From: an uncultured Acidobacteriota bacterium
Lineage (GTDB): Bacteria; Acidobacteriota; Thermoanaerobaculia; Multivoradales; SZUA-115
Assembly (NCBI GenBank): GCA_963805975.1
Contig: CAWDVR010000002.1
Coordinates: 960,001 to 1,024,000, forward strand
Direction of reading: 5' to 3'
DNA length: 64,000 nt
A program made the translations under genes and the position numbers. Under the pieces are notes generated by a model. That model did no database searches. It was not told where the DNA came from and was given only the letters and a program-made list of their open reading frames with translations. Shown here one piece after another: positions 62,327 to 64,000 of the stretch (the stretch's first letter is position 1; each line of letters opens with the position of its first letter).

Positions 62327-63787
62327 CTATTGGATCGTTCCTCCCAGCGGCTCCCAGGCCGACCAGCCGCCCTCGTACCCGAGATGCCAGAGCTGGTTGT
62401 CCGTGCTGCGGGCGAAGACGTCGATGCGGCCCGGGCCCCAGGAGACGGCGGCCGGGTCCGAGGTCAGCACGCCGCCGAGCGACTCCCAGTTCGACCAGCC
62501 ACCCTCGTACCACTTGTGCCAGAGCGCGTTGTCGCTGCTGCGCACGAACACGTCCAACCGGCCGGCGCTCCACGAGCAGACGGCCGGCCCCGAGGTCAGC
62601 ACGCCGCCGAGCGGCGCCCAGTTCGACCACGAGCCGTCATACGCGCGGTGCCAGAGGCCGTTGTCGAGGCCGCGGGCGAAGACGTCGAGCCGGCCGGGGC
62701 CCCAGGCGACGACGGCCGGGGCCGAGGTGATGGGGCCGGCAAACGGTGTCCACCCGGACCAGTTGCCATCGAACGCCTTGTGCCAGAGCTGGGTGTCCGC
62801 GCCGCGTACCAGGATGTCGAGCCGCCCGGGCGCCCACGAGGTGACCGCCGGGGCCGAGCCCAGGTTGCCGTCCAGGACCTCCCAGTCGTGCCAGACCCGG
62901 TCGTAAGCCTTGTGCTCGAGCTGCCCGCCCTTGCCGCGGATGAAGAGGTCGATGCGGCCGGGGCCCCAGCTCTCGGCCGAGGGGCCCGCCGTCACGGTGC
63001 CGCCCAGGCTCTCCCAGCCGGACCAGCCGCCGTCGTACCATTTGTGCCATACGGCCCGGTCGGTGCTGCGCACGAAGACGTCCAGCCGGCCGAGCGCCCA
63101 GGAGGAGACCCCGATCCACGCCGGCGAGGGCGCCTCGAAGGCGATCTCGGTCACGACGGGAGGCGGGGGTGGGGGCGGCGGCGGGGCCTCCGCGCAAACA
63201 CCCTCCTTGCAGACCAGGCCGTCCTTGCACTCGCCGTCCTCGGCGCAACCCTCGAAGCCCACGTCGCCGCGGCAGGTCTTGGGCTCGCCCGTGCAGACCA
63301 GGCCCTCGGCACACTCCTCCTCGCACTCGTCGAGGAGACCGGGCGTCCGATCCCGGAGCAGGAGGAAGGCGGTCGTGCCTCCCACGATCAGCAGCGCCAG
63401 GACGAGGATCAGGATCCACCAGGGGAACTTCTTCGCCGGCGCCGCGCCCTTCACCTGGAAAGCGACGGACGGGCCCTCGGTGAACTCCTCGTCCGGGTTG
63501 GCCTCGGACACGGCGTCGAGCCGCAGGCGGTAGCTGCCGGCGGGCGAGCCCGGCGGCGCCTTCACCTCGACCACGAACTGTTCGGTGGCACCGGCCGGGA
63601 GCAGGCGCTCCGGCCGCTCCGGCGGCCTGACCCAGGAAGCGGCGGCCGAGGGCTCGCCCACCACGCGGGCGCGGACCTTCGCCGACTCGTTGCCGGTGTT
63701 GGTGACGGTGTAGGTGACCCGGCCCTCACCACTCGCGGAAAGCTCGAGGCGCTCGGGCGAAGCGGTGACGGCAAACAGACGTTTCAT
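62327..63787 (-). CDS. Bitopic protein: Ig-like N-domain, TM helix, Cys-rich linker, poly-Pro, six Trp-rich lectin-like (PLL/DUF346-type) repeats
   Basis: Same scaffold as 61133-62272; six 44-aa repeats of SWxxGRLDVFxRxxDxxLWHxxYxGxWSxWExLGG. Confidence 0.88.
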   Translation of the reverse strand: MKRLFAVTASPERLELSASGEGRVTYTVTNTGNESAKVRARVVGEPSAAASWVRPPERPERLLPAGATEQFVVEVKAPPGSPAGSYRLRLDAVSEANPDEEFTEGPSVAFQVKGAAPAKKFPWWILILVLALLIVGGTTAFLLLRDRTPGLLDECEEECAEGLVCTGEPKTCRGDVGFEGCAEDGECKDGLVCKEGVCAEAPPPPPPPPPVVTEIAFEAPSPAWIGVSSWALGRLDVFVRSTDRAVWHKWYDGGWSGWESLGGTVTAGPSAESWGPGRIDLFIRGKGGQLEHKAYDRVWHDWEVLDGNLGSAPAVTSWAPGRLDILVRGADTQLWHKAFDGNWSGWTPFAGPITSAPAVVAWGPGRLDVFARGLDNGLWHRAYDGSWSNWAPLGGVLTSGPAVCSWSAGRLDVFVRSSDNALWHKWYEGGWSNWESLGGVLTSDPAAVSWGPGRIDVFARSTDNQLWHLGYEGGWSAWEPLGGTIQ

Positions 63788-63807
63788 GATTCATCCCTCG
63801 GGAAGAT

Positions 63808-64000
63808 CTAGGCCGATCCGTTCCGGCGTCTGGCCTGCTTAGGCGGAGAAAGGGCGATTTCCGTTTCAAACGTCTCGTAGGCCGGCTTTTCGAGCTCCAC
63901 AATGCGGCGCACCAGCGGAAGCTGGGGCGCCGCCGCCGCGGGCACCAGCACCTTGAGATGGAAGGGCCGCGGGCGGCCATCCTGGCCGAGCACCTGCTCG
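63808..64000 (-). CDS. C-terminus of a phage-tail/baseplate wedge protein (P2 gpI-like); partial
   Basis: RPFHLKVLVP...VRRIVELEKPAYETFE resembles the C-terminal R-x-x-E-x-E-K-P-A-H/Y motif of tail protein I-type proteins in contractile injection loci. Confidence 0.6.
   Translation of the reverse strand, partial: EQVLGQDGRPRPFHLKVLVPAAAAPQLPLVRRIVELEKPAYETFETEIALSPPKQARRRNGSA

Noticed and set aside
62330-63120. 132-bp periodic repeats as a CRISPR array or DGR template/variable repeats
   Set aside because: They are in-frame protein repeats with codon-level divergence; no spacers, cas genes or reverse transcriptase are present

Overview
GC-rich bacterial chromosomal window, most consistent with Acidobacteriota (ADOP-type duplicated ABC permease, VPS10/BNR hydrolase, M16 peptidase pair); the taxon is inferred. 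Left end (1-9031, minus strand): a GT87/DUF2029-like membrane glycosyltransferase translationally coupled to a chain of separately encoded NRPS proteins, two of them single C-A-T modules with Ala- and Gly-type A domains and matching terminal docking-like motifs. The chain runs off the window. Middle: mostly housekeeping and metabolic genes (znuABC, holA, carbamate kinase, LapA-LapB fusion, DksA, rlmH, def, ileS, PMM, tdk, IscA, aquaporin, ygfZ, pncA, liu/atu genes), an intact VapBC pair, and an antitoxin whose ParE/RelE toxin survives only as a 28-codon remnant. 49-58.5 kb: a MoaD-MoaE fusion, secreted M16/S10 peptidases and a CysM-JAMM-CysO-MoeZ sulfur-relay operon. Right end (59.4-64 kb): the end of a phage-tail/baseplate gene followed by two paralogous single-pass membrane proteins with a shared Ig-like/TM/Cys-rich scaffold and different outer tips, one a six-repeat lectin-like propeller. 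This is the best candidate for an undescribed system. The window also carries mosaic BoxC-like/GTAG-REP repeats (one translated in frame in a gene), many -10 boxes 6-7 nt before start codons (leaderless genes), and frameshifts that look like assembly errors. No rRNA, tRNA, CRISPR array or transposase was recognised. All calls come from reading motifs by eye; no searches were run.
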